DNA of 64,000 nucleotides, taken from positions 1,381 through 65,380 of the IMG/VR virus record IMGVR_UViG_3300021373_001027. One strand, written 5' to 3'. Below, piece after piece: positions 36,018 through 44,353 of the stretch. The stretch's first letter is position 1, and every line of letters starts with the position of its first letter. The translations under genes and the position numbers were made by a program. The DNA comes from a virus (lineage: Duplodnaviria; Caudoviricetes). The notes under the pieces are model-generated. The model searched no databases, was not told the origin of the DNA, and saw only the letters and a program-made list of their open reading frames with translations.

Positions 36018-37106
36018 ATGAATGCATTAAAAACTTACGCTGTAAATTTTGAAGAAGCGGTGTCTGCTATCGTGAACCTTGGCGATGAGGTGACATACGT
36101 GTTTGAGGGTGATATGGGTATTGGCAAATCAGCCATGCTCAAAATGGTGGCCGAGGCACTGCCTAACCACGTACCCTGCTACTTCGATTGCAACACCAAA
36201 GACGTAGCCGATGCCTTTGTACCTGACATTTCTTCAGCGCAGACTGAGAATGTGGTACGTATGGTGCCTAACGCAGAGTTCGGTATTCAACACGGTAAAC
36301 CTGTTATCCTGATGATAGACGAGGTGGGTAAAGCCGAAGGTGCTTTGCTTAAAGCGTTGTTCGCAACGTTCCACGAGCGTAGCATTGGCATGACCCCGTT
36401 ACCCAAAGGCTCTATCGTCTTTGCAACAACCAATCTGGGAGCCGAGAATTTGGGTGACCTGATCCCTCCGCATGGCTTAGACCGTGTAACTAAAGTACGA
36501 CTCCGAAAGCCGACCCCTACTGAATGGATGGAGTGGGGCTTTAACAATGACATTCACCCTACCGTTCTGGCGTGGGTAAAAGACAATCCTCAGTTATTTA
36601 ATTCCTTCGACGATGTATCTTCCCCTGAAGATAATCACTACATCTACCACCCCAACGTTGTACGTGACGGGTTTGTAACTCCGCGTGGTCTGGAACGTGC
36701 ATCCAAGATCATTCACAAGATGGACTTGATTGGTGAGACTATGACACGTAGCTCTCTGATCGGTACGCTAGGTTCTCATGGTGCTGGTGATCTTATGGCG
36801 TTTGTGACATTGTTCAATCAAATCCCCTCGCATGATGCAATACTGTCTAGTCCAACTACGGCTATCGTACCTACTGATGCAGCGGCGGCTTGTATGGTGG
36901 TGGCGCGTGCACTTGTTAAGCTTGAAGCTAAGGACGTTTCTAAGTGGATGGAATACCTAGTACGTTTGGACAAAGGTGCACAAGTATTGTTTGGTCTACA
37001 AGCTAAGGCCAAAACCTACAAGCGTCAGAAAGCCGTTGTCAGTAACGGTGCGTTCAACAAGTGGGCGTTGGACAATAGTTATATCTTCAGTGCTGACAAG
37101 CAATAG
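36018..37106 (+). CDS. AAA+ ATPase (MoxR/dynein-related type)
   Basis: Walker A GDMGIGKS, Walker B ILMIDE, FATTN, TPRGLE. Confidence 0.85.
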   Translation: MNALKTYAVNFEEAVSAIVNLGDEVTYVFEGDMGIGKSAMLKMVAEALPNHVPCYFDCNTKDVADAFVPDISSAQTENVVRMVPNAEFGIQHGKPVILMIDEVGKAEGALLKALFATFHERSIGMTPLPKGSIVFATTNLGAENLGDLIPPHGLDRVTKVRLRKPTPTEWMEWGFNNDIHPTVLAWVKDNPQLFNSFDDVSSPEDNHYIYHPNVVRDGFVTPRGLERASKIIHKMDLIGETMTRSSLIGTLGSHGAGDLMAFVTLFNQIPSHDAILSSPTTAIVPTDAAAACMVVARALVKLEAKDVSKWMEYLVRLDKGAQVLFGLQAKAKTYKRQKAVVSNGAFNKWALDNSYIFSADKQ

Positions 37107-37124
37107 TTATACAACGGTATAACT
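37105..37124. promoter_or_regulatory. Dispersed palindrome, copy 6
   Basis: AGTTATAC-AACG-GTATAACT overlapping the TAG stop. Confidence 0.75.
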
Positions 37125-37129
37125 TTATG

Positions 37130-37158
37130 GGGTGACAGTTTTTGTCACCCTTTTTTTT
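37130..37158 (+). terminator. Rho-independent terminator between AAA and VWA genes
   Basis: GGGTGACA-GTTTT-TGTCACCC followed by T8. Confidence 0.75.
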
Positions 37159-37175
37159 ATCAATGGAGAGTTAAC

Positions 37176-38465
37176 ATGAATATGTTGAATATTGGTATTA
37201 AGTTCACACTAGAACAGCGTCTAGATAAAGCGTTGGGTGATCTTATGGACGGCCCTCACGGACAGGCACGCTATCGTGCAATGGCTGGCATCTTTATGCT
37301 GGGTGACTGTTCAATCAGTGAAGAAGCCGGTGTAACAGCTTACACCAATGGCATTGACGAGGTGTATGGTCGTGCGTTCTTTGAAAACCTGAGTGACGCG
37401 CAGCTTCGCTATGTACGGGTGCACGAGAACAAGCACAAAATGTACAAGCACCCTTCGTTGTTCAAGTGGTTGTGGGATATAGATGCGGCAGCGGCAGGTG
37501 AAGCTACTGATCATTATATTAACTTACAGATAAACGACGAGAACCCCGATGGGTTTTGTAAGATGCCCACCGATGAGAACGGCGACCCAATGGGTTTTGC
37601 TAATCCTAAGTACAAAGGCAAAGACCCCGTTGCTATCTTCTGGGATATTGTCAATGCTAAGAAAGCTAACAATGACAATGGTGAAAGTGAGAGTGGTGAC
37701 GGTAAGAGTACTGAAGGTAATGGTGATGATAGCGGTGCGCCTAGTCCCGACGATGGTAATTTTGATGATCATGGTCACTTCGACGATGCGTTATCACCTG
37801 ATCAAGAAAAGCAAGTAGAGCGTGCTGTAGAGGACGCCATACGTCAAGGTCTACTGGCATCAAGCAAAAGCGGGAACGGCGACACGCTGGGTTTAGCTGA
37901 ACTAGTCGAACCCAAGGTTGATTGGAAAGTGGCACTTCGAGACTTCATACAAGCTAACTGTAAGGGTCGCAGGTTAACAACATATCGCAGACCCAACCGC
38001 AGGTTTATGGGGGCTAAGATATACCTACCAAGTTTATATGATCAACGTGTTGACGATCTTATCATTGCACCGGATTGCTCTGGTTCGATGCTGTCACCAA
38101 GGCAGTGGCAAACCATGCTCACCGAGTTACACGCGGCCATTAAAATGGTAACACCTAAACGTGTTCACATATTGTATTGGGACTCTAAAGTACGTAGGCA
38201 TGAAACGTACACTGAAGAAAAAGCCGATGATATTCTTAAGAGTGTTAAACCTGTAGGCGGCGGCGGTACTAATCCTGAGTGTATACCTCAGTACATACTT
38301 GATAATAAAATCAAGGGCCAGTGTGCCGTGGTGTTGACTGACGGTTACTTTTTCTACGGTCAAGGTGATTGGACTATGCCTGTACTCTGGGGTGTTATTG
38401 ACAATAAATCCTTTAAAGCTGCTAAGGGTAAAGCCTTGCACATTCAGTCGAGTAGCATACGATGA
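37176..38465 (+). CDS. Metallopeptidase-VWA protein (DUF2201-like)
   Basis: TAYTNG, HENKH (HExxH), MIDAS DCSGSM, GGGGT, LTDG. Confidence 0.85.
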   Translation: MNMLNIGIKFTLEQRLDKALGDLMDGPHGQARYRAMAGIFMLGDCSISEEAGVTAYTNGIDEVYGRAFFENLSDAQLRYVRVHENKHKMYKHPSLFKWLWDIDAAAAGEATDHYINLQINDENPDGFCKMPTDENGDPMGFANPKYKGKDPVAIFWDIVNAKKANNDNGESESGDGKSTEGNGDDSGAPSPDDGNFDDHGHFDDALSPDQEKQVERAVEDAIRQGLLASSKSGNGDTLGLAELVEPKVDWKVALRDFIQANCKGRRLTTYRRPNRRFMGAKIYLPSLYDQRVDDLIIAPDCSGSMLSPRQWQTMLTELHAAIKMVTPKRVHILYWDSKVRRHETYTEEKADDILKSVKPVGGGGTNPECIPQYILDNKIKGQCAVVLTDGYFFYGQGDWTMPVLWGVIDNKSFKAAKGKALHIQSSSIR

Positions 38466-38689
38466 AACAACCTATTGTTAAAAAACTACCTACCCACAAA
38501 AAAGTAAAGTACATGATTGATAACCCCGAGCTTGCAGGAGTATTATTAGATCATTGGGCAGGTAGCAGCACCAAGCACTTTACTGTTAAGGACGCTAAGA
38601 GGTTCGGCAAAGACGTACGTTCGTCTCCGCTTACTATGGGGGAATGGATGGACATTGAGTGGGAGGGTATGGCTGATGACAAAAGCTGA
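38462..38689 (+). CDS. Hypothetical protein
   Basis: ATGA overlap with upstream gene. Confidence 0.55.
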   Translation: MKQPIVKKLPTHKKVKYMIDNPELAGVLLDHWAGSSTKHFTVKDAKRFGKDVRSSPLTMGEWMDIEWEGMADDKS

Positions 38690-38899
38690 AATGCAAATGT
38701 TTCACGACGTTAATGATAAATGCCAAGCGTTAATTCGTGAAAACAAAGCCCTAAAGCTAACTATAAAGAAGTTACTTTCACAACTAGTTAAGATTAAAGG
38801 AGCTAGCAATGAAGATGCCTAGAGATTGTATCTACGCGTTATCGTTTTTGTTTGCGTTGATTTCTATTTACTCAATTGTTGCTGAGATACAGTAGCTAA

Positions 38900-38919
38900 A
38901 GTTATACAGGAGGTATAAC
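38900..38919. promoter_or_regulatory. Dispersed palindrome, copy 7 (AGGAG in the loop)
   Basis: AGTTATAC-AGGAG-GTATAAC, ATG at 38922. Confidence 0.75.
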
Positions 38920-38921
38920 AA

Positions 38922-39122
38922 ATGGATAACATTTCCACCGGAAAGCTTGCCCACCCTGCGAATTTGGGTAGGCAAAAGTCTGTTGACGACACTATATCAA
39001 TGGACAGACTAGAGAAGTTTGTTAACAGGACGTTTCATTGGAAGTCTTTACCGGCTTCTGATCAAATGAAAATGGCTAAAGAGTTACTACGAAGGAGGCG
39101 AGAAAGTGGAGGGGTCTACTGA
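38922..39122 (+). CDS. Hypothetical protein
   Basis: RBS AGGAGG; 66 aa. Confidence 0.6.
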   Translation: MDNISTGKLAHPANLGRQKSVDDTISMDRLEKFVNRTFHWKSLPASDQMKMAKELLRRRRESGGVY

Positions 39123-39191
39123 GGTTATTCTTTTCTATGGGATGATTGTTTGCATCATCGCTTTTAGTTTTCTTTCAACGAGGCGCAAATA

Positions 39192-39434
39192 ATGAAGGAA
39201 GGACACGATGTAGTTGACAAGCCCAATCATTATATGGTGGCGGGCATTGAGGTTAGGGACATACAAAAGGAGTTATGTGCACCATTCATAGGTCAAGAGG
39301 CTAGTGATCTAAGCAATGCAATCAAGTACCTACTGCGATCCCCAAAAAAAGGCAAGCTTGCAGAGGACTTGAAGAAGTGTCGCAGACATATTACTTGGCT
39401 GATTGATTCAATAGAGGGGACTTCATGCAAATAA
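39192..39434 (+). CDS. DUF3310 / T7 gp1.7-like protein
   Basis: DVVDKPNHY...NAIKYLLR..KKG...EDLKK motif. Confidence 0.75.
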   Translation: MKEGHDVVDKPNHYMVAGIEVRDIQKELCAPFIGQEASDLSNAIKYLLRSPKKGKLAEDLKKCRRHITWLIDSIEGTSCK

Positions 39435-39649
39435 AAATGCCGTTGCTTATTGAGGTAGTCCACGATACTGACATTTTGGAATCCGTAGCCTATCTAAAAG
39501 TATGGGAGGAAGATGGAGACATTCTTAATAGCTTTATGGCATGGAAAGTAGAGAACGTATCCATGCCTTTAGACTGTATGCCAACCGCCCTGTCTGAGTT
39601 TTTTGCTGACGTTGCTGCTGATGAATACTTAGGAGAATATCCAGAATGA
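39425..39649 (+). CDS. Hypothetical protein
   Basis: Overlaps both neighbours; RBS GAGGG. Confidence 0.55.
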   Translation: MQIKMPLLIEVVHDTDILESVAYLKVWEEDGDILNSFMAWKVENVSMPLDCMPTALSEFFADVAADEYLGEYPE

Positions 39650-39885
39650 AAACTAAAATTCATGTCAATCAACATATTATTCGTAGGAATAATAAACTCA
39701 AGGGTGAAGCCGTAGATATTTTTCACGAACCACCTATCACGGTTAAGCAAGGTAAGTTAAATACCTACTGTAAGGAGGTTGAAGTAACAGGGCCGTGTGT
39801 TGTTAAGTACTCACCTGATAAGCCGCTATCCTGCGGTGCTAAGGTGTGGATAGAAACGGATTCATCAGTCATTTTTATTAAATAG
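39646..39885 (+). CDS. Conserved phage hypothetical protein
   Basis: IHVNQH.IR.N...YSPDKPLSCGAKVWIET motif. Confidence 0.7.
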   Translation: MKTKIHVNQHIIRRNNKLKGEAVDIFHEPPITVKQGKLNTYCKEVEVTGPCVVKYSPDKPLSCGAKVWIETDSSVIFIK

Positions 39886-39893
39886 GGAGGGTT

Positions 39894-40073
39894 ATGGCTC
39901 AAGATGAACTGGAGTTTGAAATACTGCTGGCTGTTGAAGCAGCAGAAGTAACAAGCGAGAACTTAAAAAAGAATATCGCCGTGTTAAATGATTTACAAGT
40001 TGTACCTGTCGATCAACTTACCATAGAGCAACGTTCTCGTGTTGTAGAAATAATTAAATATCACTTTAGCTAA
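39894..40073 (+). CDS. Hypothetical protein (59 aa, below cutoff)
   Basis: RBS GGGAGG; MAQDELEFEILL... Confidence 0.5.
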   Translation: MAQDELEFEILLAVEAAEVTSENLKKNIAVLNDLQVVPVDQLTIEQRSRVVEIIKYHFS

Positions 40074-40090
40074 TTAATAGGAAACTAATC

Positions 40091-41170
40091 ATGTCAGCAT
40101 TTGAAACTATGAATATAGAAAGACTGGTATCAAGCTTGGCGTTACCTTGTGAACATCAAGACGAAAATACCAAACACGAATCTTTACAATCCGGTTGGGT
40201 AATTGACTGCTTTCCGGTAACTAAGGAACTTTATGGTTACTGCACACAGCTACGTAAAGCTATGCCCAGTTTACGTTTTGGTGTTGATCGTGACGTATTG
40301 GAGATAGCACAGACGCAAAAGACACACACTTCGTTTTCAAAATGCTATGTCTACAGAGCCGATGATCTTTATGTAATGGGTGCAATTGGTTTTGGTATGT
40401 TAGGCAATGCCGCTGAGGATAAATACTTAACCAAGTCTCAGCATATAGAAAACAATATGTTTTGTGAGTGGTCGCGTGCACACAAATGTAAAGCCACAAA
40501 GAACATAAGGCCAGCGGTCGCCAATGCGCTTACTTACTTTAGACGGCCTTCTGATAGGCATGTTTTGGACGCAACTTATCGTGCCTATACCGGAAGGGTT
40601 AATGCATTTTTAGAACAAGAGCGGAATGTTTTGGCGTCAAAAATGAGTGAGCTGTATAAAGAACTTACCGGCCTGATGTTTGGCAAGGCATGGGAAAAAG
40701 AAAATGATTCCCAGTATATGTTTCAATCTGTACTAGGTTCGTATCGAACCAAGCCTCATCTATGTAGACCTGTTAGTAGTGAAATGTTTGGTGATGTGCC
40801 TTTGGTAAAAGCAATCAACGATTTAGCTAATAGCTATTTCAAACTCGCGGATACAAAGACTGATGTTTCTTTGGTGCACCCCGTTAAAGATGTAAATAAT
40901 GTATTAGTGGGATACAACATCACTAAGCTTGTCGAACAACAGACGCGTAACACTTTATCGGAACTTGAACCTGATATTTATCAAAAGAACTTAGTGGTAA
41001 GTGAGTGCGTTGATCAAGAAATAGCTTCAAAGGTTGCAACGTTGTCTATGCTTGAGGAAAAAGAGTACAGCGCAGGGCTTGGGCTGAAGCTTGCCGGTGA
41101 CATTTACTACGTAGAAACTAATGTCGAAGCTCTGCCCGACGACTACTATGATAGGCAGGGTGAAAGCTAA
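40091..41170 (+). CDS. Hypothetical protein
   Basis: 359 aa ORF, TAATG-coupled to VRR-NUC. Confidence 0.7.
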   Translation: MSAFETMNIERLVSSLALPCEHQDENTKHESLQSGWVIDCFPVTKELYGYCTQLRKAMPSLRFGVDRDVLEIAQTQKTHTSFSKCYVYRADDLYVMGAIGFGMLGNAAEDKYLTKSQHIENNMFCEWSRAHKCKATKNIRPAVANALTYFRRPSDRHVLDATYRAYTGRVNAFLEQERNVLASKMSELYKELTGLMFGKAWEKENDSQYMFQSVLGSYRTKPHLCRPVSSEMFGDVPLVKAINDLANSYFKLADTKTDVSLVHPVKDVNNVLVGYNITKLVEQQTRNTLSELEPDIYQKNLVVSECVDQEIASKVATLSMLEEKEYSAGLGLKLAGDIYYVETNVEALPDDYYDRQGES

Positions 41171-41499
41171 TGGCTATGACTCCAGAAGCAAAAGTTAAGC
41201 GCAAGGTAACTGACATTCTTAAGAAGTTAGAATGCTATTACTTTTACCCTGCCACCGGAGGCTATGGTAAGAGCGGTGTGCCTGACATTGTGGCTTGCTT
41301 TAGAGGCGTGTTTGTGGGCATTGAATGTAAGGCAGGCAAGAATAAACCCACACTGCTACAAGAGAGAAACTTGGATCAAATTAGAAGCGCTGGGGGACTG
41401 GCGCTTGTTGTTAATGAAAACAACCTACATCAATTGACTGAGTTTATTATCGAACAAAAGTTGGGGATAGCCAATGCGGCAGATAACGTTAGACACTGA
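41170..41499 (+). CDS. VRR-NUC domain nuclease
   Basis: TPEAKVK...GVPD...GIECK...PT.LQ. Confidence 0.85.
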   Translation: MAMTPEAKVKRKVTDILKKLECYYFYPATGGYGKSGVPDIVACFRGVFVGIECKAGKNKPTLLQERNLDQIRSAGGLALVVNENNLHQLTEFIIEQKLGIANAADNVRH

Positions 41500-43393
41500 G
41501 TGTTATGTAAACTACTTTCTTATGGTGTTCACCAATGAAAGCGGCAAGTCTAAATCGTTTGAGATATACGGAGATGATCATTCAAAGTTTGACAAGGGTG
41601 AGATTGCCAAGATTCTATTAAACCCTGACTACGAGATAGTTACATTTAACGGCAACGGTTACGATATGCCGATTGTTAACCTTGCATTGACGGGGACACT
41701 TTCCAACCGCGATCTTAAAAAGGTTAGTGACGACATAATTGTAAACAATCAACGAGCTTGGCAGGTTTACAAGAAGTACGGCATTGAACCTTTGCCGGTT
41801 AACCACATTGACCTACAAGAAGTAGCGATAGGTATGGTTAGCCTGAAGATATACGGAGGTAGGATGCACAGCCAAAAACTACAAGACCTGCCGCTTGAAC
41901 CTGATACCGTTATTCAGCCTCATCATTTACCGGATATGCGTAAGTACTGCAAGAACGATACGCTGTTGACCCTTGATCTGTATAACACGTTAAAGAAACA
42001 GATAGAGTTACGACGTAAGATGAGCGCTGAGTATGGTACAGACCTACGCTCAAAATCAGACGCCCAGATAGCAGAGGCCGTACTGAAAGCTGAGTATAAA
42101 CGCATACACGGTGACTTCCCTGAACGCGTGTCCTTGGACTACAAATCATTTTACTATGTACCCCCGTCCTACATTAAGTTTATGTCAAAAGAACTTAACG
42201 AAGTATTAAAAACAATTTGCACGGCGGAAATGACAATATCGGACACAGGGCATGTATCCATGCCGAAAGAAATTGCCAAGCTTAAGATAAGCATAGGTAA
42301 AAGTACGTACAAGATAGGTATAGGTGGCTTACATAGTCAAGAATCTGAAGTTGCTCATCACACTTGTGACGATTACGTTTTGTTAGATAGAGACGTAGCT
42401 TCTTACTACCCCAGTCTCATGTTAAATTTAAAGCTATTCCCCAGTGCTTTTGGGAGTACCTTCCTAGATGTTTTTCAGAAGATTCTAAAGGACAGGCTTG
42501 CAGCCAAGGCAAGTGGAGATAAGACCGTAGCCGACTCTTTAAAGATTGTTCTCAATGGTACGTTTGGTAAAACTTCAAACGTTTATTCCAGCCTATATAG
42601 TCCTGACTTAATGATAGCCACTACTCTGACAGGGCAGTTGTCGCTGCTTATGTTAATAGAAGCTGTTGAGCATATAGGCTGCGAAGTTGTTTCAGCCAAT
42701 ACAGATGGTGTGGTTATTAAAGCACCCCGTAGTTTAAAAACTACATTGGACAAACTAGTAGCCCATTGGGAAAAGCGCACCAATCTTGAGACAGAAGAAA
42801 CGCTATATAACTCTCTGTACTCCAGAGATGTTAATAACTACATAGCCATAAAACCTGACGGTGTAAAGACTAAGGGCGTGTATGCCCCTGACGGCTTGAA
42901 CAAAAACCCTCAAGCACCCATCTGTGTCGAAGCGGCTACTCAATACCTTTTAAATAAAATACCTTATGAAGAAACTATAACTTCATCCGGGGACATAACA
43001 CGTTTTGTAACCGTGAGAAGGGTTACAGGAGGCGCAGTAAAAGACGGCATCAGTCTGGGTAAGGCTATTCGCTGGTACTACAGCGCCGACAACAAGAACC
43101 CCATAACGTACTTAAAGAATGGCAATATCGTTCCGCGCTCCGAAGGGGCAAAGCCTTGTCTTGATCTACCTAATGAGTTTCCAGCAGACATTGATTACCA
43201 ATGGTATATTGCCGAAACCAAAGATATACTGGTATCAATCGGCGCGTTACCTAGACCGGTATACGAGAAGATACCGCGCAAAAACAGCAAGGCATGGAAA
43301 GAGTTAATGCAAGCTGGTGAAATCCAATTAGACGTTAAGGGCAAATCGCAATGGGTACACCCCGAGCAGCACCTTGGAGCTTCAGCAAAATAA
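41474..43393 (+). CDS. DNA polymerase, family B type with 3'-5' exonuclease
   Basis: Exo DTE / FNG..YD / YC.ND; pol motifs DVASYYPS, KIVLNGTFGK, NTDG. Confidence 0.85.
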   Translation: MRQITLDTECYVNYFLMVFTNESGKSKSFEIYGDDHSKFDKGEIAKILLNPDYEIVTFNGNGYDMPIVNLALTGTLSNRDLKKVSDDIIVNNQRAWQVYKKYGIEPLPVNHIDLQEVAIGMVSLKIYGGRMHSQKLQDLPLEPDTVIQPHHLPDMRKYCKNDTLLTLDLYNTLKKQIELRRKMSAEYGTDLRSKSDAQIAEAVLKAEYKRIHGDFPERVSLDYKSFYYVPPSYIKFMSKELNEVLKTICTAEMTISDTGHVSMPKEIAKLKISIGKSTYKIGIGGLHSQESEVAHHTCDDYVLLDRDVASYYPSLMLNLKLFPSAFGSTFLDVFQKILKDRLAAKASGDKTVADSLKIVLNGTFGKTSNVYSSLYSPDLMIATTLTGQLSLLMLIEAVEHIGCEVVSANTDGVVIKAPRSLKTTLDKLVAHWEKRTNLETEETLYNSLYSRDVNNYIAIKPDGVKTKGVYAPDGLNKNPQAPICVEAATQYLLNKIPYEETITSSGDITRFVTVRRVTGGAVKDGISLGKAIRWYYSADNKNPITYLKNGNIVPRSEGAKPCLDLPNEFPADIDYQWYIAETKDILVSIGALPRPVYEKIPRKNSKAWKELMQAGEIQLDVKGKSQWVHPEQHLGASAK

Positions 43394-44034
43394 AGTCCTT
43401 TGAGCAATGCCCTCGACAGTTTCATCAAGTCAAGGTTGTAAAGGCTTACCCACAAGAAGAAAATGATGCCATGTTGTACGGCACAGCCTACCATGAAGCG
43501 GCTGAGTTTTACGTTAGGGACAATACGCCGCTCCCCCCGCAGTTTCAATTCTCTCAAAAACTTCTAGATTCATTGAACGCAAAGACAGGTAAAAAGCTCT
43601 GCGAATACGAGCTAGGTCTGACCGCTGATCTTGAACCTTGCACATTTAAAGCCGACGATGTTTGGTTCCGAGGTATTGTTGACTTACTGATATTAGATGA
43701 AGAAAACGAGTTAGCATGGGTCATTGATTACAAGACTGGGCGCAACACAAAATATGCGGATACGGGCCAGCTAGAGCTTATGGCACTCGCAACCTTTAAA
43801 CACTTCCCTCAAATAAAAAAGGTACGAGCAGGATTGCTTTTTGTTGTAGCTGATAAGCTAATCAAAACAAGTTATGATAAAGAAGATAGCTCTAAGTTGT
43901 GGCAAAAATGGTTGTCTGACTACAGTAGAATGGAAAAATCGTTTGACAATGACGTTTGGAACGCCCATCCTAGTGGTCTATGTCGTAGGCATTGTCCAGT
44001 AAAGGAATGCCCACACAACGGGGCTTATAGCTAA
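43351..44034 (+). CDS. PD-(D/E)XK exonuclease (Cas4/RecB-like)
   Basis: CPRQ, GT.YH, VDL, DYKTG, QL, C-terminal CRRHCPVKEC. Confidence 0.85.
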   Translation: MGTPRAAPWSFSKIKSFEQCPRQFHQVKVVKAYPQEENDAMLYGTAYHEAAEFYVRDNTPLPPQFQFSQKLLDSLNAKTGKKLCEYELGLTADLEPCTFKADDVWFRGIVDLLILDEENELAWVIDYKTGRNTKYADTGQLELMALATFKHFPQIKKVRAGLLFVVADKLIKTSYDKEDSSKLWQKWLSDYSRMEKSFDNDVWNAHPSGLCRRHCPVKECPHNGAYS

Positions 44035-44291
44035 TGGCTAGAGATTACAAAAAAGAGTACAAGACGCAAAAGAAACGGGGCGAAACTCCTGATCGAATGG
44101 AACGTCAACGTGCACGCAGGGCCATTGATAAACGCGATACAGGGACAGTTACCAAGAAGTCCCCCAAGCGTAAAGGTAAAGATGTAAGCCACAACAAAAT
44201 GCTAAGCAAAGGCGGCAGCAACAAAGACGGTTACCGCTTAGAAAGCCCTTCAAAGAATAGGGCTAGGAACGGCCAAAAGAAAAAGAAGTAA
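44034..44291 (+). CDS. Small basic HNH-like protein
   Basis: GKDVSH...SKGGSN...NRARN pattern. Confidence 0.55.
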   Translation: MARDYKKEYKTQKKRGETPDRMERQRARRAIDKRDTGTVTKKSPKRKGKDVSHNKMLSKGGSNKDGYRLESPSKNRARNGQKKKK

Positions 44292-44311
44292 AGTTATACG
44301 GTTGTATAACT
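44292..44311. promoter_or_regulatory. Dispersed palindrome, copy 8
   Basis: AGTTATAC-GGTT-GTATAACT right after a stop codon, upstream of helicase. Confidence 0.75.
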
Positions 44312-44353
44312 TTGGTATTTGGGTGACGCAGACGCGTTTCGCCCCGCTCTGTT

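Noticed and set aside
43351-44034. Cas4 as CRISPR component
   Set aside because: Stand-alone phage exonuclease in the replication module; no array or other cas genes.
32285-44311. Palindromes as a CRISPR array or loxP/dif-type sites
   Set aside because: Spacing is irregular (0.6-5.4 kb) with whole genes between copies; no cas operon or recombinase; only the AAGTTAT/ATAACTT words resemble loxP and the geometry differs.
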